Shown in pieces: positions 46,338 through 55,819 of a stretch of 64,000 bases of DNA (position 1 is its first letter; the number at the start of each line of letters is the position of its first letter). The notes under the pieces were generated by a model. That model ran no database searches. It saw only the letters and a program-made list of their open reading frames with translations, and had not been told where the DNA came from. A program made the position numbers and the translations under genes. The stretch covers positions 322,976 to 386,975 of the forward strand of contig CAVROO010000014.1 in assembly GCA_963722765.1 (NCBI GenBank). The letters run 5' to 3'. The stretch comes from an uncultured Acidobacteriota bacterium. Lineage in GTDB: Bacteria > Acidobacteriota > Vicinamibacteria > Marinacidobacterales > DATDRI01.

Positions 46338-48200
46338 CTAATTGGCTTTATCTTTAATCCCCAAGTAATACGCCGTATTGGCATCCGGATCGATCTTGGT
46401 TCGGATTTTTCCCGGCATGGCACTTAGAAGCGGGTTGACGCCCGGGCCGTGTCCCGCCAGGTCGCTCCACCCATGGATGACGACACCGATGGTGACGGCG
46501 CCCTCGTACCTTCCACGACCGTAGAAGTCATAATGGTCGCGGATGGCGACGATATCGCCGAGCTTCAGCTTCTTCAGATCGTATTCCTCGACGATTTCCG
46601 GGCAGGTGGTTTGAATGTCGTAATCGATGAACTCGATGCCGGGTCCGCCGATTCCCGAGCCCATGATGTGTCCCGGAACCTCCAAAACGATGGGGACCAC
46701 GAGCTCGTCACCTTCAATGGTAATCCCCATGTTCTCCAGCAGTTTCGGCGAGAGCTTGTTGACACGTACGTCTTCGAACCCATCGATCTTCAGTCCGACT
46801 CCTTGGGCTTTGACCTGAATCTTGTCGTTCAAGGCCAGGTTGTCAAGGACATCTTTCGGAAACCAGACGAGGTCGTCGGATCCGGCATGCCGACCGATGA
46901 AATACCCTTTGGCTCCTTTGGCTTCTCCCGAAACGACTTCCGCCTCGTTGCCGATACAGGCGAGCAGGGCCAGCGCACACTGGCTGGCGGAAGATCGATC
47001 GCGGCCTTGAATCGTTACGTCGGGCTCTACGTGATCCGCGCTGGCCCACCCGTATGCGGGGTCTCCCAGTGAGACGGTGTAGTTGATGGAGGCCATTCCC
47101 AGGAGCACCTTCGGATTTCCTTCATAGGTTGTTGAATATCCACCACTCCGGGCGGGCTGCACGACGCCCTGGACGGCGGTCGTAATCAGCTTGTCCTTGT
47201 TGGTCTTCAGTGTGCTTGAAGTGGTTTGCCGAGGTGGCTCGCGCCGTTCGATGCCGAGATAATGCCAACATTGGCGGTGGGCTCGATCCGAGAGCGTCAA
47301 TTTGCCGAACCGCGTGGACAGAATCGGGATCACGCCGATACCCAGTCCCGAAATATCGCTCGGTCCGCTCACGACCACGCCCAGGGTGGCGCCGCCCTCG
47401 ATAGAATCCCTTTCCGTAATCCGTCTGAATGTCTTTCAGCAGGACGAGGTCGCCGAAGCGCAACTCGTCCAAATGGTGTTTCTTGATATCCGGCGGATAA
47501 CAAGTCTGAACGTGCCAGTGGCCGGATAGACTCGAGCCTCCAGAGCCTTGCCCGGCAAGCTCACCCGGTATCTCCATGACCACAGGAACCTCGAGCTTTC
47601 CATCGATATTCCGGATTCCCATTTTCTCGATGAGCATCGGATCGACTCCGTGAGGATGGACGTCGTCGAAGCCGTTGATGGCGAGTCCGGTACTGCGTGC
47701 TTTGGCCTGGATCGTGTCGCCGATGGCCAGCTTGTCGAGTGCCGCGGCGTCGAAATGGAGTAACACCATATTGCTGAACTTCCCCACGATGACTCCCTTT
47801 TCACCCTTGGCGGATCCGGTCAACACCTTCACTTCGTTCCCGATGCCGGTGTGGTGGAGCCAAGCGGTCGCGAACCCTCCCTCACCGAGCCCTTCCGCAG
47901 CGACGCCGACGGTGGCGCGGTCGCCGTTGGCCCAACCGAAAATCTTGTCACCGAGCTGCAAGTTGTAGTTGATGCCGCCGATTCCGATCGCCATCTTGGG
48001 CTTTCCCATCCCACGTGGTGGTGTAGCTGGTCGAAGGTTGGGCCGGCGCAATTTGACCTTGAACCGCGATGGTTAGGAGCTTGTCCGCGTTGGTCGATAC
48101 GGCGAGGTGGTTGGTCGTCGTTCGCACCGTGAATCGAATGGATCGGGACCACGGCTAGACAAAGCAGGAATCCGAGCGTGAGGATGAGCTTGACCTTCAT
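46338..48200 (-). CDS. Two tandem DUF4438-like units, apparently fused in one reading frame behind a signal peptide; the first unit has at least 3 frameshifts
   Basis: A GGAGGAAAACA RBS precedes the ATG at 48200 (MKVKLILTLGFLLCLAVVP). Unit A reads ..VSTNADKLLTIAVQG..KPKMAIGIGGINYNLQLGD... and unit B reads ..LKTNKDKLITTAVQG..MASINYTVSLGD.... They are paralogous, and no stop codon separates them in the frame of ORF 46338..47378. The family call is from memory. Confidence 0.6.
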
Positions 48201-48666
48201 TGTTTTCCTCCATGATGCACTAGATAGCCTTCGGGACAGATCGGTGGGTCCGGTGAGGAATTCGGCAAAAGAAACTGGAAACTTCACGTACTCCTGTGCC
48301 TGACCGCGGCAAGTCGCTCGACGGTCAGATGCTGGCACAAGCCGCACACGCATCGGAAGACTAACACGAGGCCGTCTCGACGAGCAAAAGCGGGGAGTGG
48401 CTATTTCCGCCGTCAAATATTCGGCCGCGATACCGATCGGCATCGCTAATTCGGCGAGTAACAAACGGGGCGTTCTACGGCGCCAAACAGGTCCCCAAGC
48501 TTTTCACTTTGGACCGACCCGCATAGAATGTCCGTGTGAGTCCATCACTCAGGTTAGGCCTCATTCTTGTACGTCCCAATCTCCACGAGATCGTGCGCGC
48601 GCGGCAAACCGTCAAAGGTCACCGCCCGATGACGAACACACGCCAAACCGTGACCCCAGGACCATC

Positions 48667-50266
48667 ATGACCATCTTGCTCCGCAATCTGCCGCTCGCGC
48701 TCGACCAGGACGAGAACGATCTCGCACAGGTCTGCGCCGAGCTCCTCGACCTCGAACCCGCGGGGGTCGAGATCCGCAACATCGTCAAGAGGTCTATCGA
48801 TGCCCGACGGCGTCGCCGACCACGATTGCTCTACACCCTGGCCATCGACGTCTCTCCCGAGACGGAGCGCTCGCTGCTTGCCGAGGTCCCGCCGCGGGTC
48901 GAGCCGTTTCGCGCAACCGAACGAGTCGAGATCGGGACGGTGCGGCGGCCGGTGGGCTGCAAACCGCCGGTGGTCGTAGGCTCCGGCCCCGCGGGTCTCT
49001 TCGCAGCCTACAGATTGGTCCAGGCGGGGCTCCAGCCCATCGTCATCGAGCGGGGCCTCGAGGTCACCGAACGCACGCGCCAGTGGAACCGGTTTCTCAA
49101 GGGCGACTCGTTCAACCCGGAGAGCAACTTGCTGTTCGGCGAAGGGGGCGCGGGCACCTACTCCGACGGCAAGCTCTACACCCGGGTCAACGACCCTCGG
49201 GTGGGCGAGGTACTCGAGATCCTGGCCGACCACGGCGCACCGCGAGAGATCCTCTTCGACGCTAAGCCCCACATCGGCAGCAACCGCTTACCCGCGGTGG
49301 TCCGCCACCTCCGAAACAACCCTCCGCGACCGTGGCACGGTGTTTCGCTTCTCCACACGCATGACCGGACTCCGTATCGAAAACGGCCGGGTGTGCGGCG
49401 TGGACGTCGAGCCGGGCGGCACCGTCGAGACCGAGCACGTGTTTCTCGGCCTCGGCCACTCGGCCCGCGACACCATCCGCACTCTCCACGACCTTGGCGT
49501 GGCCATGGAGCGCAAGCCCTTTCAGCTCGGGGCCAGGATCGAGCACCCTCAGCACCTGATTAACCGCATGCAGTACGGACCGGATTTTTGCGCCCACCCA
49601 CGGTTGCCTCCCGCCGACTACCGTTTGGTGGCGAGGATTCCGGGCGGCGATGTCTTCAGCTTCTGCATGTGTCCCGGCGGCGTGATCCTGCCCGCCACCG
49701 AGAAAGCCGGCTCCATCTGCGTCAACGGCGCGTCACCTCTGGGGCGCCGCGGCCGCTTCGCCAACTCGGGCTTCGTGGTCACGCTTGACCCGACCGAGTT
49801 CGGTGACTCGGGACCACTTGCGGGCATCGAGCTGCAGGAACAAATCGAGGGCCGCGCCGCAGCGCTCGCCGAGCAACCGTTCGGTGCGCCTGCGCTCAGG
49901 CTCATGGACTTTCTCGCGGGCCGGCTTTCAACCGACCTGCCCGAATCGAGCTACCCGCTCGTCCTGACCCCGGCTCCCTTCGAGGAGTTTTTGCCGACGC
50001 GGGTCCTGGACGCGCTCCGGCGCGGGCTCGGCGATCTCTGCTCGAGGCTGCCCATCCTGCGCGATCCCGAGGCGATCATCGTCGGGCCGGAATCGCGCAG
50101 CTCGTGTCCCGTGCGGATCCTCCGCGACCGGCAAACCCTCGAGTCGCCTTCGGCCGCGGGCCTCTACCCAATGGGCGAGGGCGCCGGGCACGCCGGCGGC
50201 ATCATGTCGGCGGCCATCGACGGGATGCGTTGCGTCGAGGCGTTCGTCGAGCGGCATGGAGGATAA
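48667..50266 (+). CDS. FAD-dependent oxidoreductase (COG2509-type uncharacterised dehydrogenase), frameshift near 49315
   Basis: Dinucleotide-binding motif VVVGSGPAGLFAA and GAGTYSDGKL in ORF 48397..49563, continued by ..FRFSTRMTGLRIENG...FCMCPGG...GEGAGHAGGIMSAAIDG in ORF 49340..50266. Confidence 0.8.
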
Positions 50267-50334
50267 AAAAAGTGACAATCTCCCGCCCTAGTCCCCTGTA
50301 TCAGTAGATGACGAATTACTGACACAGGGCACTG

Positions 50335-50805
50335 CTACTTACCACGTCTAAAAAAGTGCTTCCAGGGATTACTGCGACGTTCCAGCGCATCTGTGGCCGC
50401 TCCCTTGAGAGCATTGGCAGCGAGATCGGCGCAGTGGAGATGACCTTTGGGGAGTTTTCCTAAGGCTTCGACGATCTGGGCGCCCGTGAACTCGAGAGCA
50501 AAATCCAACTTCTGGCCTAGGGCGAGCTCGGTGGTCGCACTGGCGCAGGCGCGGGTAAAACCACAGCCGTCGGTTTGAAAACGTATCTCTTCGATGGCGT
50601 TGTCTGTCAGCCGGATCTGAATGGAGACGGTGTCTTCACAGATACCGGTAACCGTAGCTTCGCCGTTTGGATGTAGCATTTTGCCCCAGTTTGAGGGGTT
50701 TTGGGAGTGTCTTCGGACTTGGGGAGAGATACTCTCTTCATCCAGCTCTCCAAGAACCTCTTGATCCTCCCTACTCAACAGCAGATCATTTTGATTTTCG
50801 TTCAC
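50335..50805 (-). CDS. NifU/IscU-like Fe-S cluster scaffold protein
   Basis: Conserved Cys pattern (GICEDT, QTDGCGFTRACAS, LHCADLAANAL). Confidence 0.75.
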   Translation of the reverse strand: MNENQNDLLLSREDQEVLGELDEESISPQVRRHSQNPSNWGKMLHPNGEATVTGICEDTVSIQIRLTDNAIEEIRFQTDGCGFTRACASATTELALGQKLDFALEFTGAQIVEALGKLPKGHLHCADLAANALKGAATDALERRSNPWKHFFRRGK

Positions 50806-50984
50806 AATTAGTCTTCCTGGTTCTCAATTTTCATGCATTAGGCCTTTGCACAAGCCATCACTTGTTTATGGCAAAGCAGCTCCGGCTCTGGATTATACAG
50901 CGGAGAAAATGGCGTGACGAGATTGCTGGATAGACAGTTAGCGACTCGGTACTCAAGCTGTATTGACGTTCGATTTTCAATTCT

Positions 50985-51112
50985 TAACCCTGACGCGGCA
51001 AAGCCGTAACCAAAAAGGGTTATCGCGGCTTGCCGCGAGCCGTCAGCAATCAGCCGTCAGCTCACGGAAGATCGTTCACTTTTTGCATTCAATTTCACTC
51101 ATCAGGGACTAA
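50985..51112 (+). repeat. MITE-like element 'B', copy 3, abutting element 'A' copy 3
   Basis: TAACCCTGACGCGGCAAAGCCGTAACCAAAAAGGGTTATCGCGGCTTGCCGCGAGCCGTCAGC...CATCAGGGACTAA. Confidence 0.85.
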
Positions 51113-51374
51113 TCCGACAATAAACTCATGGAAAATTGCAGGAAAAAAGGGGACTGTCCCTTTTTTTCCAGTAACTTGCGTAGATTTCGTCAACTCGGAT
51201 TAGGGTTCACCCTGAAGCGAACACGAGCCAACAAAGTCATTCCGTAAAGACACATTATCACCGCTTCATATAGGAGTGAATCACAGACCCTCTTCCCAAG
51301 AATAGCGGCGACTATCATGGCTTTTGTTGGTCTGCCAACGCTGATTTCGCTCATTTATTGTCGCTTCAGGGTTA
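51108..51374 (+). mobile_element. MITE-like element 'A', copy 3 (apical ~45 nt of the first hairpin deleted)
   Basis: CTAATCCGACAATAAACTCATGG...TCATTTATTGTCGCTTCAGGGTTA. Collinear with copies 1 and 2 but with internal deletions. Confidence 0.8.
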
Positions 51375-51433
51375 AAATCCGAGCTGCCGTCCTTCCAGCA
51401 GCATATCGAGGTCCCGATCCACGTCGTCATCCG

Positions 51434-51701
51434 TCACCTTCCATTTGCGCGTAGTCGGCGACACCGACGCAGAGGGCTCCTTTGAGGAAGGACTTGCCTA
51501 AGCCGCCCTCGAGGGTCAGGAGGTTTCCGACCTTGATGTCGGTGTCTTTTTCTCGGTGTGAGTCTCGTAGAACGCGGATGGGTTTTGATGGTTTCTGTTG
51601 AAACGAACAGTTTGTCTGCGATCTCCCGGTTGTTGATACGCCGGGTGGGGTTGGTTCGCATCATGAACGCGGTTATTTTCGTGTTGGGCGATGGGTGACA
51701 A
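51434..51701 (-). pseudogene. Remnant of a LuxR-type HTH domain (C-terminal fragment of a regulator)
   Basis: INNREIADKLFVSTETIKTH matches the LuxR/FixJ HTH core (EIA..L.iS..TVKtH). The flanking sequence falls out of frame. Confidence 0.5.
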
Positions 51702-51930
51702 GGTGCTACATGATGTCCGCGGACCGATTTGTCAACCGATCCACCGCCTTGTTTCTTTACTGTCGGCAAGAGGGGGCGGGCGATTCCAAACGGCTATGGC
51801 ACTATTTTGTTATTTCACCACCTGACCCTCGTCAGTATTGATCCGGACGGGACCAAGACCAACGCGACGCAGCAACGAGAGTTTCACATCGTTGGTTGGC
51901 GACCCCCCAAAAAACCGATACACTGGGTAT

Positions 51931-52206
51931 GTGGAATTCGAGTGGGACCTGGAAAAAGCAACTAACAACCTTCGGAAGCATAAGGTTTCGTTCGGTGAGG
52001 CGGCTACAGTATTCGGCGACACCCTCAGTACTACCGCGCGAGACCCTGACCACTCGACAAACGAGGACAGGTATATAACCATTGGCATGTCGATCAACCA
52101 CCGTCTCATAATGGTGGCATATACGGAGCGGGGCGATCGCATTCGCATCATCAGTGCACGGGAGCTGACCCGAACTGAGAGAGAGACCTATGAAAAAGAA
52201 GGATGA
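51931..52206 (+). CDS. brnT: BrnT-family (DUF497) ribonuclease toxin
   Basis: EFEWDLEKATNNLRKHKVSFGEAATVFGD...RYITIGMS..RLIMVAYTERGDRIRIISAR is the BrnT pattern. Probable GTG start at 51931. Confidence 0.8.
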   Translation: MEFEWDLEKATNNLRKHKVSFGEAATVFGDTLSTTARDPDHSTNEDRYITIGMSINHRLIMVAYTERGDRIRIISARELTRTERETYEKEG

Positions 52207-52429
52207 GTCGGAGATGTCCGATGAACTCCGGCCTGAATATGACCTGCGAGAGCTTCTCGAGGACGGAGTCCGAGGCAAGTATGCGGAGCGTTACAAGGAA
52301 GGAACGAACCTGGTGCTGTTGGAACCGGACGTAGCCAAGGTGTTTGCCAACAACGAAAATGCAGTCAACGAAGCTCTGCGGCTCGTAATCGAGCTGAAGA
52401 AACTGCCGGTACGCAGGAAAACAGGTTGA
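52190..52429 (+). CDS. brnA: BrnA-like antitoxin
   Basis: 79-aa ORF overlapping the brnT stop by 17 nt. MKKKDESEMSDELRPEYD...VLLEPDVAKVF is typical of antitoxins encoded downstream of BrnT. Confidence 0.7.
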   Translation: MKKKDESEMSDELRPEYDLRELLEDGVRGKYAERYKEGTNLVLLEPDVAKVFANNENAVNEALRLVIELKKLPVRRKTG

Positions 52430-52594
52430 ATCCGAACCCTTCGTACCGCAAGGGGAGTCGGTTGGCTGTTCGCAACATTCCAGCGACGTAGGTGGAAACC
52501 GTCCTCCCGTGATCCGCGAAAAGTCCGTACAGACTGATTTTCACTGGAATTTTGAACTTCTAGACTTCATGCTCCTGCCATAAACACTCTACTT

Positions 52595-53020
52595 CTATTC
52601 GCAGTCGTTCAGGTTGTCAATCTGGTTGTCCTGGCGTGGTTCAACCGGGTTGCGTTGATACGGATTGTGGTTCTCAGACAGCAAGTCGGTGTGTACAAGC
52701 GCAGGGCAGGGAAGCCAAGGTTGAGAAACAGTGACCGCCTGTTCTGATTGTTGCTCTCCAAGATCTGGAAAGACTGGTCCTCGGAGCTGACCCTCGTGAG
52801 GCCAGAGACGGTGATCCGATGGAGGAAGAAAGGTCTCCAGCCAGTGGCTCACCAGGGTGCTTTTACCGTAACCGGCTGGAGCGGATACCAAGATGAGAGG
52901 TTGCCGGCGTCCTTGGTTCATCCGTTCCAATAAGCGCGGCCGGGCGACGAGATCCGGGGTAGCTCTTGGACGATGCAATTTCGTTCGTAAAATGGAACGA
53001 GGGTGTGTCTCTTCTCTCAA
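52595..53020 (-). pseudogene. N-terminal fragment of a MalT/LuxR-type STAND (AAA) transcriptional regulator
   Basis: ILRTKLHRPRATPDLVARPRLLERMNQGRRQPLILVSAPAGYGKSTLVSHWLE is the canonical N-terminus plus Walker A of these ~900-aa regulators. Recognisable sequence stops after about 65 residues. Confidence 0.6.
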
Positions 53021-53540
53021 GGAGAACCTACTTCAGCAATCATCCCAAACGCCACGTCACGGCGTTTCGCGCTCTCATTTGCTACATGCATGACTCCGAC
53101 GAACAGGATTATATGCCACCCATAAGTCTCTTAGCGAAACAGGTCTTTGGTGGTGAACTCGCGCTCGATGTCAGGGCGAACCCGGCAATTATCGATCGAC
53201 GCCTGAAGTACCTTCGTGAGTTGGGTGGTAGTGAGCCATCTGCTTCGGATATCACGTGAACCGCTCGGTTTCTCCGACTGACGACTGATTTCAATCCGAG
53301 ATTACCGTGCCAGGCCTAGGAAGATTCCATTCTGTAAGTCTTTGATTCCCAGGCCAAAAATCCGTCGGCAGCGTCAGACCAGATAGTGAAAGCGCGTCAC
53401 GCCCCACGGGTATGGAGTTGACAGCATGGGGAAAGACAGTTCTATAGTCGTGGCCGCATCCAACTTGGCAGTTAGCCCAAGTCAAGCAGTCCACGCGGTG
53501 TAGCTGCGTTCCGGCATGCCTCGAGTCGATAGCCAAGGAC

Positions 53541-54068
53541 TTGGGGATGGCATGGAGCCAGGCGTCCATTATTCGAACCTTTGGCTACGAGTGTTACCGC
53601 ACACGAAGGAAGAATCGCAAAGGACAACAAGCGGGATCCGTGACAACGAGGCACATTCCAAGCCTAATTCTCGGACTTGGTCTCGGGTACCAATTGCGTT
53701 TTGCCAAAGGAGTCGTGGATTTGAAACAACTTCTTCCGATTCTGAAGAAGCCCGATGGATTCATCCTTTTGTGTTATGTCAACGGACATGAGGACGAGGA
53801 TTGGTTCGACTTGGCCTGCGACGTCGATGAGGCTCCCAAAGGCCCAGCAGGTCATTGCGTGCGTGTCAGAAAGGTTGCTGACGTGGAAGTGGAGACAACC
53901 GACGGGCTGACCGGAAACAAGAAGACTGCACCAAGGCAGAGAGTCGTATATGTCATGGATCCGGATGGCGTCGGTCAAAACGGCGCACTGTGGTGGAGAG
54001 ACCTTGAGATGAAGCGGGTGTACGCGATCGCTGGATGGGACAAACCGAAGCGCACTTGGCTTCCGTGA
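53541..54068 (+). CDS. Hypothetical protein (weak call)
   Basis: 175-aa ORF in a region that is lower in GC by eye. Its composition is more protein-like than the antisense ORF 53664..54161. No family recognised. Confidence 0.3.
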   Translation: MGMAWSQASIIRTFGYECYRTRRKNRKGQQAGSVTTRHIPSLILGLGLGYQLRFAKGVVDLKQLLPILKKPDGFILLCYVNGHEDEDWFDLACDVDEAPKGPAGHCVRVRKVADVEVETTDGLTGNKKTAPRQRVVYVMDPDGVGQNGALWWRDLEMKRVYAIAGWDKPKRTWLP

Positions 54069-54623
54069 GCACGAACCAGGCCAACGGTGAAGCACGTCTT
54101 CTGTGGCTGGGTTCGCGAATGTCTCCAAGAGTTCGGAGCTCGGGAACGATGCTGCAGACACGAGAAACGGCGCCGCTCGTCTTGGTTTTGTCCAACGCAG
54201 CGCTACCTCCTCCGGCGTTCAATGCCGTTGCCAGAATATGCCCGGATTGGTTGTGATCTTTATCCCTGACGTTTCCCAGTCCAGCCCGGCGCCTTGCCCG
54301 ATGTTCTCGAACTCGGAACGGCAATGTGCTTCGATAGCCGCTACAGAACACTTTCCTGTGATTCGAAATCAGCGGAACCATGGACGAAGTTTGGAGGATT
54401 CTTGCAGATCCTACAGTTTTTTTCTCGATTATTGGTGACCTGTGCGCTACTTGTGCGGAACTATCGGAACGCTACCGCGACTATTGGGAGCGACGGAACT
54501 ATCAAGTCCTTGCAAGTCATTGATTTTACTCATTGATAGTCCCACTCCAGGACCATGGTGGACCATCGTCCCGTCCGCACCGAGGACTTAAAATCCCCTG
54601 TCCTATGGGGGTACCGGCAGTAT

Positions 54624-55817
54624 TTATCCTAGGTTCAAAGAAGCCGCGAGCCCTTCGGCTACCGCCAGTCCTCGGATCGTGGGTCGCAGGCAGTGGCCCA
54701 GCTCCTCGAGCAGCCCTTCTTCGACCGAGCTCGATGAGCTCCTCGTTCGACCGCATCAGGTCGAGACCATAGCGTCCGCCAAGCGGTGCAGATCGAGCCC
54801 GTCGCGGGTTCGCAAGCCGAGCATGACCGCCTCGAGCATCAGTGCCTCGCTCGTGAGCTGCTCGCGCTCTTCCACCGGGCGGCGGCCGCCGTCTAGTTCA
54901 GTTTCCCAGATACCCACGCGACGTGCATTCCACCAGCGAGAGCCGCCGTCGAAGGAATGGGCAGCCGGGCCGAGCCCGAGATAAGGCGTGTGATTCCAGT
55001 ACTTGCGATTGTGTCTCGAACGGTGCTCCGGGGACGCAGCGAAGTTCGACACCTCGTAGCCCTCGAAACCGGCGTCGAGCAGAAAGCGGTGCGTGAGGTC
55101 GAAGAGCTCAGCCTGCTCTGTCTTCCTCGGCTTCTCTCAGCTGTCCTCGATCCCTGCGCCGCCCGAAGACCGTCGCCTCGTGCACGGTGAGCTGGTAACA
55201 AGAGAGGTGATGCGGTTTCAGGGCCAGAGCTTGCTCGAGGTCGGCCTTCCATTCTACCCGGGACTGGTCCGGAAGACCATAGATGAGATCCAGAGAAACG
55301 GTGGGGAATTCCGCTTTCAGAGCCAGCTCGACTGCGCGCTTCGGCCTCCGGCGGCGAGTGCTGCCTGCCGAGAAACTCCAGGCTCTCGCTGCTGAAGGAC
55401 TGCACACCAAGGCTGATGAAATCGAAGCCAAGGGAGCGCCAGGACGAGAGTTTCTCGACATCCACATCCTCGGGATTGACTTCCAGGCTCATGCCGCGTT
55501 TTGGGGCAAGTCGAGAATGCTCCGCACTGCTCGACGATGCGCTGGAGATCTTCGAGTGGCGAGGCGCGAAGGGGTGCCGCCGCCGAGATAGACCGTGTCG
55601 AATCGCCAGGAATCCTCGGCGTAGAGATCCATCTTCGCAGAGAAGGTGATCCACGAATCGACGTTGCTTCTCTCGCCCTCCGGTCGTTACGGCAAAGTCG
55701 CAGTAGGGACAGACGCGGGCGCAGAATGGAACGTGGATGTAGAGGCCGGCGAGATCGGTGTCCTCGTCCGGAGCAAGAGGCGCGCCTTCTTCCGGGCGGC
55801 TGACCCGGCTCTGCCAT
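54624..55817 (-). pseudogene. hemW: HemW/HemN-like radical SAM haem chaperone, broken by at least 6 frameshifts
   Basis: The pieces appear in order but in different frames: AGLYIHVPFCARVCPYCDFAV, LEVNPEDVDVEKL..LGFDFISLGVQSF, AVELALKAEFPTVSLDLIYGLPDQS, NFAASPEHRSRHNRKYWNHTPYLGLGPAAHSF, and VEEGLLEELGHCLRPTIRGLAVAEGL. Confidence 0.8.
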
Positions 55818-55819
55818 CG

